A stretch of 64,000 bases of DNA from Nitrospirota bacterium (GTDB lineage Bacteria; Nitrospirota; UBA9217), in the NCBI GenBank assembly GCA_963845065.1, contig CAWJQQ010000001.1, positions 1,258,057 to 1,322,056 on the forward strand. The letters run 5' to 3'. A program made the translations under genes and the position numbers. The notes below the pieces were generated by a model, which saw only the letters and a program-made list of their open reading frames with translations, ran no database searches and had not been told where the DNA came from. Positions 42,379 through 51,453 of the stretch are shown in pieces; positions within the stretch are counted from its first letter, which is position 1; each line of letters begins with the position of its first letter.

Positions 42379-42604
42379 ATGCTCAAGTTGACTGTTATAC
42401 AAGCGACGCGTTCATATGTAAGGTACAACCCGTAGTCTTTAACCCCGTCACAATATTGGCATTCCACACTCGTAGGTGAAGAAGCGATAGACATTATTCT
42501 AGACGAGGTGTAGACTCGCTGTTGAAGTATGTGAAGCGGCCTTCATCCTAAAGCTGATGAAATTTCCAATTTTTGAAACACATAAAGTTATATCTGAATT
42601 TCCA

Positions 42605-45151
42605 TCAAGTCATAACCAAATAACTTAATGCCGTCTGCCTCTTCCGATTGTCTATTTGCTTTACCGCCATTGATAAAGCTTTTCTACTCCCGACAAAGAC
42701 GCATAACTGCTTGGCTCTTGTTAAACCTGTATAGATAAGATTCCTGAAGAGCATTTTGAAATGCTGCGATGCAACGGGAATAATCACAGCGTCGAATTCA
42801 CTCCCCTGGGATTTATGAATGGTAATCCCGTAGGCAAGGGCAATTTCAGTCAAATCCTCATGCTCATAATTAATTGGAACCTGTTTCCCGAATTGAATCA
42901 GGCAGGAATAGTTTTCCAAATCAATAGATTTGATTTTCCCGATATCCCCGTTGAACACACCTAAATCATAGTTATTGCGGGTCTGAATAACTCTGTCACC
43001 TTCTCGATAGATACGCTCACCTATCTGAATCTGTTTCTTTCCCTGATGCTCAGGATTAACAGCTTGCTGAATGGCTTGATTGAGGTTGAGTGTTCCAAGA
43101 CTGCCCCTGACTTGGGGAGACAGAATTTGAATCTCAATGTCCTTCCCAAAATATTGAGGAATGGTCTTTGTATATAGTCGAAGAACCATATCAAACCCTG
43201 TCATGCCATGATGAAGGGTTGACCACGGATGAATGGATTTTACGATTGCCTTCAGTTGCTCGATGTTTCCTTGAGCCTGATGAACTTTCAGTAAATCAAC
43301 GTGCTTGAACTTTTCAGGGATGTTGAATATAGGGGCATGAATTTCAGAGGTATCATTGAATTCCTGTAACAATAGGCTATCAATCAGTAGGGTATCCTCT
43401 TCTTTTCTCATAACCCCCGTGATTTTATCGCCAGCCTGAACTACCTGTTGCTCGCCGGTCGTAAGAGTATGTCTAATAGCTGCCTTTGCCCTTCCCAAGA
43501 ACTGTAGCTGTTCCTGTGTTGCCTCTTCCGCGTCAATAAATATGCATCCCGCTTTATCTTTCCATAATTCAGGCTTATGGAACGGGGATTCAATCTTGGG
43601 GATTTGACCCTTGTTGATTTGATGGGCAAAACGGATAATCAAGTTCTCCTCAGCCTGGCGGAATACCTTGGTGAGTCTGAAACTCGGCACACAGGTTGCC
43701 TGTAATAAATCATGCAGCACATTCCCTGCCCCTACAGAGGGCAATTGGTCTGGGTCGCCTATAAAGAGCACCTGTACGGATTGAGGGACAGCTTTCAATA
43801 GGGCAGCAGCTAAGTTTATGTCGAGCATTGAACATTCATCTATAATCAGGAAATCAAGATGGAGCTGGTCATCCTCGCATTTCTTGAACCCATTCTTATC
43901 GGGTGTCCACTCCAACAAACGGTGAATGGTCTTTGCCTCATATTCAATAACCTCGCTCATGCGCTGTGATGCTCGACCTGTTGGGGCGGCGAGGACAACG
44001 CGCTTATTCATGGCTTGAAGCAGTTTTACAAGAACCTTAGTACACGTGGTTTTGCCAACGCCCGGTCCCCCTGTCAGTATTGAAAAGGATTTACCGGCAA
44101 TACCCGCGACCGACGCTTGTTGCTCATCTGAAAGAGCAATACTTTGCTTTTGACAATAACGTTCGAGCCAACTGTTTATTCGACTCTGGTCAACAGCAAC
44201 GGATTGATTAACCCATTGTTTAACTCTCTTGGACACGTATAGTTCATCGAAGAAGATAGAATTGGAATAATAGGCTGTGACATTCTGACCCTTTTCATCG
44301 GGTAGAATTCTATTCTTTATCTCGTCAGCAGTAATTAGGGATTGAAGAATCCCCGTTATCTGTTCTGGTGTTCCCGTTTCAAGCAATTCCTGAGTGTTCT
44401 TTATAATTTGAGATTCAAAAAGGTAACAATGTCCATCATCCCGTGCTGACGCTAGGACGTGCTTAATCCCTGCTTCAATTCGGGGAACGCCGTCTTTTTG
44501 AAAGCCCATGTTGAGGGCAATCTTATCTGCCGAGAAGAACCCTATACCATATATGTCTCGTGCGAGTTGATATGGATTACTTGAAACCCTGCTAATTACG
44601 TCGTTGCCATAGGTTTTGAATATCTTCACAGCAAACAGGGTGCTGATACCATATCCTTGCAGGAATATCATCACATCCCTTATTGCCCTGTGCTCCTGCC
44701 AACTGTTCTTGATATCTAACAGTTTTTTTTCCGCGATCCCCGGCACCTTCAATAGTTCATTTATATTTTCCTCGAAGACCTGCAGCGTCTGCTCTTTGAA
44801 GAAGCAAACAATTTTATGAGCGGTCTTCGGCCCCACATTCTTGATAAGTCCTGAACCAAGATATTTTTCAAGTGCGGCACTCGATGCTGGTTTTTTCTCA
44901 ATAGCCCGTTCTGCCTTGAATTGCTCACCATGCTTCTGATGGTAACTCCAAGTGCCGTAGAACTCCATTGAGCTTCCTGCAAAAACCTTGGCTTGATGGA
45001 TAATTACAGATACCAGCTTATGAGGTTCATTAAAGGGGGATACTTTTAAGACTGACCAGCCATTGTCCGCGTTGTGGAATGTGACCCTTTCCACGATTCC
45101 TGAAAGGCGGACAAGATTGTCGGCTGATTGAGATTGAGGGGATGATTTCAT
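42605..45151 (-). CDS. recD2: RecD2-like SF1B helicase
   Basis: GIVERVTF N-domain, HhH, GGPGVGKT, IIDECSM, GDPDQLPSVG, FRQA, TIHKSQGSEF, YTGLTRAK. Confidence 0.93.
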   Translation of the reverse strand: MKSSPQSQSADNLVRLSGIVERVTFHNADNGWSVLKVSPFNEPHKLVSVIIHQAKVFAGSSMEFYGTWSYHQKHGEQFKAERAIEKKPASSAALEKYLGSGLIKNVGPKTAHKIVCFFKEQTLQVFEENINELLKVPGIAEKKLLDIKNSWQEHRAIRDVMIFLQGYGISTLFAVKIFKTYGNDVISRVSSNPYQLARDIYGIGFFSADKIALNMGFQKDGVPRIEAGIKHVLASARDDGHCYLFESQIIKNTQELLETGTPEQITGILQSLITADEIKNRILPDEKGQNVTAYYSNSIFFDELYVSKRVKQWVNQSVAVDQSRINSWLERYCQKQSIALSDEQQASVAGIAGKSFSILTGGPGVGKTTCTKVLVKLLQAMNKRVVLAAPTGRASQRMSEVIEYEAKTIHRLLEWTPDKNGFKKCEDDQLHLDFLIIDECSMLDINLAAALLKAVPQSVQVLFIGDPDQLPSVGAGNVLHDLLQATCVPSFRLTKVFRQAEENLIIRFAHQINKGQIPKIESPFHKPELWKDKAGCIFIDAEEATQEQLQFLGRAKAAIRHTLTTGEQQVVQAGDKITGVMRKEEDTLLIDSLLLQEFNDTSEIHAPIFNIPEKFKHVDLLKVHQAQGNIEQLKAIVKSIHPWSTLHHGMTGFDMVLRLYTKTIPQYFGKDIEIQILSPQVRGSLGTLNLNQAIQQAVNPEHQGKKQIQIGERIYREGDRVIQTRNNYDLGVFNGDIGKIKSIDLENYSCLIQFGKQVPINYEHEDLTEIALAYGITIHKSQGSEFDAVIIPVASQHFKMLFRNLIYTGLTRAKQLCVFVGSRKALSMAVKQIDNRKRQTALSYLVMT

Positions 45152-45478
45152 GCTAAATGATTATACAGGATTCAGGTTATCAGGTAAAGTATTAGCGTGG
45201 AAACTGGATTTATTATTAGGTGGTCTGAAGCACTGGGACAAAATTCATATTAAACATTGGGGTATATCTTGTGGTGCGATGTAAATAATGAATTATGTGC
45301 GTTTTAGTCCGCATTTGTGCAATCCAAATCAATGACATCCTTGTCAAAACTAAAAAGTTAAATCCAGCGAGATCGAAAGGATTGAATTAAGATAAAGTGC
45401 TGAAGTGTGAATGCTGCAATACAAATACTTTCCCGATGTCATTTATAGCAAGAGAAATATTCTCGCCAAAAGGTTAAA

Positions 45479-45493
45479 AGTTTACTACGTTTT
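45479..45493. repeat. Candidate integrase arm-type site, copy 1
   Basis: AGTTTACTACGTTTT, identical to 47027-47041. Confidence 0.7.
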
Positions 45494-45557
45494 TCTACGT
45501 TCTGGAAATAGAAGTAATTTTTGCTGATGAGAAAAATGAGGTAAGTTGCTGATAGTG

Positions 45558-45617
45558 TGGTGCCGCTGAGCGGAATTGAACCGGTACGACAGTTGCCCGT
45601 CGAGAGATTTTAAGTCT
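45558..45617 (-). tRNA. tRNA-Leu(TAA) 3' half only (att core, non-functional)
   Basis: Minus strand GACTTAAAATC anticodon arm, long variable arm GACGG-GCAA-CTGTC, GGTTCAATTCC, ACCA end; D-arm and 5' acceptor strand absent. Confidence 0.85.
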
Positions 45618-45672
45618 ACGGGAAACCGTTTCCCGATCAATCAGACATCCTGCTGATTTTTATATATAATTT

Positions 45673-46946
45673 CATTAACGTCCGGTTAAAACTAAAAAGG
45701 CATGGCCTGAATACCTCGATTGTTGGATAATAGAATTCGCGAGAACACTATTCCAGCAAGGAGGAACAAGCCATGCGCAAGTTGGAAACCATCTTCGGAG
45801 AACTGCTGAAACTTGTACCGAGATATCAATTCGAAAAAGCCGTAAATCAGTATCAGGGAGATCGATACGTAAAGTCGTATACGACCTGGCAACAGTATAT
45901 CACGATCCTGTTCTCTCAGGTCAAGCAAAAAGACAGCATCCGGGACATCGTAACGGGACTGGCGGCTAACGAGTCCCGATGGTATCACTTGGGGCTTACC
46001 GGTATTCACCGGAGCACCTTCTCGGATGCCAACAACAAACGGAGCTTTCAGATATTTGAGGATTTGTTTTATCATCTTCTATCTCGTTGCAAGGACTTGA
46101 CGCCCAAACACCGGTTCAAGTTCAAAAATGAGTTGTATTCAATCGATGCTTCAGTTATCGATCTCTGCCTCTCGGTCTTTCCCTGGGCTAAGTTCCGAAA
46201 GACCAAAGGGGCGATTAAAATGCATTACCTTTATGACCACTCAGGGGCATTGCCGTCGTTTGTAACGATCACCGATGGTAAGAAACATGATGTCACGGTG
46301 GCTAAAGAAACCGGTTTTCCACTCTCTCCGGACAGCATCGTTTCCATAGATCGGGCGTATATCGACTACAAATGGCTGAATTCACTGGACGAAAAACGAG
46401 TCTGGTTCGTCACTCGTGCCAAGTCCAATATTGATTGTGTCATTACCGGACAGCATCCGGTTTCCGGAAAAGGGGTCCTGAAAGACCAGATGATCCTTCT
46501 AACCGGAACCCGGACAAAGAACTATTATCCCAAAGAACTTCGAATGATCGAGTTCTATGATGAGGAAACCAAGAAGCACCTGACGTTCCTCACCAACAAT
46601 ATGAAGCTTGCGGCCTCAACAATAGCGGCAATCTATAAATCCCGATGGCAGATCGAACTGTTCTTCAAGTGGATTAAGCAGAACCTGAAGATCAAATCGT
46701 TCCTCGGGACTAGCAAAAACGCAGTTATGACGCAAATTTGGGTAGCAATGAGCTATTACTTGCTGCTCACGTATATCAAATACCAGACGAAATATGCTCA
46801 TTCCCTGCTGACCTTGAGTCGCCTTATCAGGGAGACCCTTTTTGAACGAAAGAACCTTATCGATATCCTTACACTGAAACCTGAACGGCTCTTAGCAGTC
46901 CAGGATGAACTCATACAGGGTGCACTGTTTTAACCGGACAGCGATG
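45673..46946 (+). mobile_element. Complete IS4-family insertion sequence
   Basis: IRs CATTAACGTCCGGTTAAAAC / GTTTTAACCGGACAGCGATG; 9-bp target duplication ATATAATTT at 45664-45672 and 46947-46955. Confidence 0.95.
45773..46933 (+). CDS. IS4-family DDE transposase
   Basis: SIDAS, IDRAY, YKSRWQIELFFKWIKQ (YREK). Confidence 0.95.
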   Translation: MRKLETIFGELLKLVPRYQFEKAVNQYQGDRYVKSYTTWQQYITILFSQVKQKDSIRDIVTGLAANESRWYHLGLTGIHRSTFSDANNKRSFQIFEDLFYHLLSRCKDLTPKHRFKFKNELYSIDASVIDLCLSVFPWAKFRKTKGAIKMHYLYDHSGALPSFVTITDGKKHDVTVAKETGFPLSPDSIVSIDRAYIDYKWLNSLDEKRVWFVTRAKSNIDCVITGQHPVSGKGVLKDQMILLTGTRTKNYYPKELRMIEFYDEETKKHLTFLTNNMKLAASTIAAIYKSRWQIELFFKWIKQNLKIKSFLGTSKNAVMTQIWVAMSYYLLLTYIKYQTKYAHSLLTLSRLIRETLFERKNLIDILTLKPERLLAVQDELIQGALF

Positions 46947-47026
46947 ATATAATTTCGTAAAATCATTATTTTACATGCTTTTTTCACATCATCTTGAGTC
47001 GTCTACAGTCGTCTCAAATCGGCCTC

Positions 47027-47041
47027 AGTTTACTACGTTTT
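47027..47041. repeat. Candidate integrase arm-type site, copy 2
   Basis: AGTTTACTACGTTTT followed by a second ACTACG. Confidence 0.7.
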
Positions 47042-47052
47042 CACTACGGTGA

Positions 47053-47250
47053 TTAATCCCTCTTTTGCAGCATATTATTCATGATGCTTTCGCAAGTACT
47101 CAACCACTTTATCTGCCGCATCGGAGAGATTCTTCGGTTCACGATCTTGTAGCGATAGAGTATGCTGGTTGTATTGTGATCGGAGGCGTCCTTCGCCGGA
47201 ACGCCTGCGTCGATGGAATTTTGCAGTGCAGTCCGTTGAAGGTCAACCAC
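47053..47250 (-). pseudogene. Tyrosine integrase C-terminal remnant
   Basis: DLQRTALQNSIDAGVP...DHNTTSILYRYKIVN resembles HDLRRTAxRNxxxAGV...SGHKTxSxFxRYxIV. Confidence 0.72.
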
Positions 47251-47480
47251 AAGGCCGCATGTGGTAACCAGCGACAGGGGAGGCCATTAAAAACCCCGGT
47301 AAAGAAAGTAGTGAAGTTTCATGTTGCAAAGGACGCAAAGGACGTGACCCTGGGGGAAAGTAATAAGAAGCAATTTCGGGGAAGTATGATAACAATGCAA
47401 GGGTCTTCTGAAGTAATGAATTAGAAGGCTCGTGTTGTTTCACTGTGAAGCACGGAAGTCGAAAAGGATAGCTTTTAATA

Positions 47481-47521
47481 TTGACAAATATTAATCCTTA
47501 CATTATGATAATTTGGTAAGG
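47481..47521 (+). promoter_or_regulatory. vapBC promoter and operator
   Basis: TTGACA-17 bp-TATGAT overlapped by inverted repeat CCTTAC...GTAAGG. Confidence 0.68.
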
Positions 47522-47530
47522 AGGTTAGAA

Positions 47531-47761
47531 ATGAGATCAGTGATAACATCCAAGTATCAGACCACGATACCCAAAGAAGTTCGAGATACGCTGAAGCTTT
47601 CCATCCATGACGCAGTCGAATGGCGGATAAACGGAAACGTAGTAGTTGTATCTCCCACACAACGGATATTCCTGACACGCAGGGGTGCCGTTAAAACCGG
47701 CAAGGGCGATATTGCCGCCGATATCGCGAAAGCTCGACTTATGCGCTCGGGGCGGCGGTGA
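47531..47761 (+). CDS. AbrB/MazE/SpoVT-type antitoxin (VapB)
   Basis: ITSKYQTTIPKEVRDTL; GGAGG RBS; GTGA overlap with PIN gene. Confidence 0.88.
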   Translation: MRSVITSKYQTTIPKEVRDTLKLSIHDAVEWRINGNVVVVSPTQRIFLTRRGAVKTGKGDIAADIAKARLMRSGRR

Positions 47762-48183
47762 AGCACTACGTCATAGATACGAATGCGCTACTGTCGTTCG
47801 TAACCGATCGTAATACCGCGCAGCAAGCGGTCATGGCTGGCGTCTTCGAGCAGGTTGCCGCAGCGCAAGCGACCATTCTGTGCCCTCAAAATGTAATCGC
47901 TGAATTCGTCTATGTGATGGAAACGGTATATCATCAGCAGAAGCCGTCCATTAGATCGATAGCAGCGGACTTTATTGCAATGCCAGGCATCACGATTGTC
48001 GATAAAACTAATTTTTCTGAGGTATTCTCTCTCTGGCCCGAAGCTTTTGAGGATTTCGGAGATGCCATCGTGGCCGTTTGCGCCAGATCAGCAAAAGGGG
48101 CCTCTGTCATTACCTTTGACCGCCAGTTCATGCGCAAACTTGCGTCTTGCCGTATTCCGTTCATTAATAGTAAATCTCGGTAA
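47758..48183 (+). CDS. PIN-domain toxin (VapC)
   Basis: VIDTNAL, IAEF, DFGDA, TFD acidic residues. Confidence 0.9.
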   Translation: MKHYVIDTNALLSFVTDRNTAQQAVMAGVFEQVAAAQATILCPQNVIAEFVYVMETVYHQQKPSIRSIAADFIAMPGITIVDKTNFSEVFSLWPEAFEDFGDAIVAVCARSAKGASVITFDRQFMRKLASCRIPFINSKSR

Positions 48184-48658
48184 ACTGAGAGGCAAAATAC
48201 GATGGGATGTTGATCGTACAGAATTGCGAAGGTAGCGGAGAAGTAGATCTTGACAGACCGCCACTAAAATAGACGGCATATTACGATCAGTATTATTGAC
48301 TCTTGAACGAAAATTCGGATTGAAGTCTGCAATTATTTCAATATTCAATAACTCGCGAGATTCATCCTGTAGCAAACGGGTTTACATACATTGCAATAAT
48401 ACAATTTACAATTTGAATTTTTCATATATCTACCCTTAATAAATCCTATCGGAATCCTATACGACATCAATACGCCATTGCTAGATGGGGCGTTGCTACC
48501 TTTGACATCATTGTGAATTAGGTATATATTCGGTCTCAATATAGAAACCGACGTGACATAATCATTGCTAAACCAGATAACATCGCAAATCCCAATCCCA
48601 TATTAGATAGAGAGGCTATTCAATGACCTAGTGTAAAAAAACGCAGAGGGTGGCAACA

Positions 48659-49033
48659 ATGTCAACTAATATCAGAATTATCCACGCGCACGACTTCGTC
48701 AGAGCAACCCCAGAAGGAATGCTCGATCTCAAATTGTCTAAAAAGCTACTTATAGAGCTCGCGTCAGCCACGGCCTCGTTGGTCGACTACGATATAATCC
48801 TCGACACTCGAAAGACGCAGGTAGTAATGTCTGTAACCGACCTATGGTATTTAGCGTCTGAACTAAGCAACTTTGGCAAAGCCTTTTCTCGCAAGACTGC
48901 CGTTCTTTGTCCACTTAAAGACTTTGACCACGCTGAGTTCTTTGCACTCTGCGCCCAAAACAGGGGCTTCCTAGTAAGTGCATTCACTGATTTTGAGCAT
49001 GCAATCGATTGGCTGACTGCAAACGGAAAGTGA
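48659..49033 (+). CDS. Hypothetical protein, STAS/SEC14 (SpoIIAA-like) fold suspected
   Basis: ILDTR, KTAV, FTDFEHAIDWL pattern. Confidence 0.6.
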   Translation: MSTNIRIIHAHDFVRATPEGMLDLKLSKKLLIELASATASLVDYDIILDTRKTQVVMSVTDLWYLASELSNFGKAFSRKTAVLCPLKDFDHAEFFALCAQNRGFLVSAFTDFEHAIDWLTANGK

Positions 49034-49414
49034 CACCTAATCGGGTAAAAGACAGCACTCGACTCTACCGCAGAAGATTACAGGAAGAGAGCGGGGAAAA
49101 TAATAAAAAAAGACGTTGATGAAATCACTCCAGATAGCGGCGATGCTAGCGATATAATAACGTAGAAAAGACGACATCACGCCCGTATACTCTAGATTTT
49201 TTCAGTTAAATCTAGAACAGACTTTAGTTGACATGACTTCCTATGATTAAAGCTCGAATCCGTAATCCCGATTCGGATAAAATGGCTAATTTAAAATCGC
49301 AGCTGCAGCAAAAATTCGATTTTGTAAAATCCTCATACAGACAGCTGTAACTTAATTATAAAGTAGTACTACATATAATTGTTATCGTCTCAATGAAAAG
49401 CACTCAGGGTGATT

Positions 49415-50302
49415 ATGGCAGAAACGAATATGAAAACCGTATCTCTGGTTCTTGGAAGTGGCGGTGCTCGGGGTTTAGCACACATTGGCATTATTTACTG
49501 GCTTGAAGAAAATAATTATCAAATAAGTTCTATAGCCGGTTCCTCGATTGGTGCGCTCATTGGGGGGATATATGCAGCCGGAAAACTGGATGATTATGAA
49601 CAATGGGTGCGTGCGATAAATAAGATCGACATCGTCAAATTGCTAGATCATTCCTGGGGAAAGAGCGGGTTGGTCAAAGGAGACAAAATTATCAACACCT
49701 TGGTCGGTCTCGTGGGAGAGCAACTGATCGAGCATCTGCCTATTCATTATACTGCTGTTGCAACTGAAATTAAGGGCCAGAAGGAAATATGGATTAAGTC
49801 GGGTAAGCTTTTTGATGCGATAAGGGCGTCGATGTCAATACCCCTTTTTTTTACTCCCTTTAAGCACAAAGGAGTCGATCTTATCGATGGAGGGGTATTA
49901 AATCCTGTACCCGTGGCCCCAACGATCGGTGACGGTACTGATGTGACTATTGCGGTAAATCTGGGCGGCTCTGCAGATAGTCAGGAACAACCGAGAGGCG
50001 AGAGTCCTGCTCCCGTGTCCCATTCATCGTTGTTGCAAGAAAGGATCAATCGTTTTATAAACCACCAACGATCCGAGACAAGCATCACGGGCCGGGATTG
50101 GGGGGCGTACGATATAGCCGTTCAGGCGTTTGAGGCAATGCAGAACACCATCGCACGTCAAAAGCTTGCTGCTTATCCACCAGACATCGTCATAGATATT
50201 GCCCGGAACGCATGCCGGTCATTGGAGTATGATCGGGCGTCCGAGATGATCGATTTAGGATATAGAAAGGCGAAAGAATGCCTGTCTGAAGCTGCCTGGT
50301 AA
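49415..50302 (+). CDS. Patatin-like phospholipase
   Basis: GSGGARG, GSSIG, DGG. Confidence 0.93.
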   Translation: MAETNMKTVSLVLGSGGARGLAHIGIIYWLEENNYQISSIAGSSIGALIGGIYAAGKLDDYEQWVRAINKIDIVKLLDHSWGKSGLVKGDKIINTLVGLVGEQLIEHLPIHYTAVATEIKGQKEIWIKSGKLFDAIRASMSIPLFFTPFKHKGVDLIDGGVLNPVPVAPTIGDGTDVTIAVNLGGSADSQEQPRGESPAPVSHSSLLQERINRFINHQRSETSITGRDWGAYDIAVQAFEAMQNTIARQKLAAYPPDIVIDIARNACRSLEYDRASEMIDLGYRKAKECLSEAAW

Positions 50303-50316
50303 AAGCGGAACGATGG

Positions 50317-50380
50317 ACACTAACATCGTGCTGCAGTGGGCCTCCAATTTTAGCAACTACCGCTGAACTTGAGACTAGTT
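50317..50380 (+). other. Degenerate attC-like site
   Basis: CACTAAC just after the stop, inner GCTGCAGTGG / CCGCTGAAC boxes, degenerate far end GACTAG. Confidence 0.4.
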
Positions 50381-50779
50381 CAGTGTAAGATTCAACCAGA
50401 AGACTGCATGTCCGTTGACAAATCGTCTATTCCACTCTAGTAGGTGAACTCGAGTTTCATATAATATTAGCTCTGGTGTAAAATTCATTTTGTATCTTTG
50501 CATTTTTGATAAAGTTTTCTGTTAACAAATCCATCCTCTTCTAAGAGACTTGTCAAGTTTTTAGTGACAGCTAATCTGTTAAAGTAGTGTGGTTGTGGCG
50601 AGCTGTATCTTACATTTTTATGATATAGTTTCAGTCAACAGCTCCTTCCTGTAATAGTCGATGGGTGAAATGATAAAAATGTACATATGTTCGCTGGAAA
50701 TACATCTGACCAGTTGTAAAGCGAGTTAAAGAGGGGGAGTTTGTTGATTATCACCTTTGTGGAAAAGGAGGAATAAACA

Positions 50780-51385
50780 ATGAATCCAGTCGATCGTATT
50801 AAAGGGATTTTGCTTAAGCCTAAGGAGGAGTGGCAAACCATTTCAGGAGAAACCACAACTATTCCCGAGTTGTACAAGGGCTACATCATTATTCTAGCGG
50901 CAATCGGGCCAGTGGCCTCCATTATCGGAATGTCCATTGTGGGAATTAGTTTACCTTTTGCAGGATCATTTCGGGTACCAATAACTACTTCAATTGTTTA
51001 TGCGGTTGCACATTATGTCCTGACCCTTGTCGGCGTGTATATATTGGCTCTCATCATTGATGCGTTGGCTACCACCTTTTCAGGGGTAAAGAATATGAAC
51101 CAGGCTTTCAAGGTGGCCACCTATTCCTACACGCCTGCTTGGTTAGTCGGGATATTTATTATAATCCCTGCTCTGAGCGTTTTGGGCATTCTGGGCCTAT
51201 ATAGTTTGTATCTTCTTTACTTGGGACTTCCCGTTCTTATGAAGTCACCTCAGAAAAAATCGTTGGGGTACACAGTGGCCATCATTGTAGCATCCATTAT
51301 CATTTTCGTGGTTATTGGCATCGTCTCTCGCTCCTTTATTTCATACCCCACGCCACCTAACATGCCCGTGCCTGGAGTGCGATAA
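50780..51385 (+). CDS. Yip1-family membrane protein
   Basis: ILLKPKEEWQTI, YSYTPAW, YSLYLLYLGLPVLMKSP; about 5 TMs; AAGGAGG RBS. Confidence 0.88.
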   Translation: MNPVDRIKGILLKPKEEWQTISGETTTIPELYKGYIIILAAIGPVASIIGMSIVGISLPFAGSFRVPITTSIVYAVAHYVLTLVGVYILALIIDALATTFSGVKNMNQAFKVATYSYTPAWLVGIFIIIPALSVLGILGLYSLYLLYLGLPVLMKSPQKKSLGYTVAIIVASIIIFVVIGIVSRSFISYPTPPNMPVPGVR

Positions 51386-51453
51386 AGGATAAAGCAGAAA
51401 GCGTGTTAGCGTCGGCTGATTTTGAGTGTTAAAGTTTCAACCCGAATTCGTGA

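Noticed and set aside
45558..45617. Functional tRNA-Leu gene
   Set aside because: 5' acceptor strand and D-arm are missing and the T-stem has a mismatch
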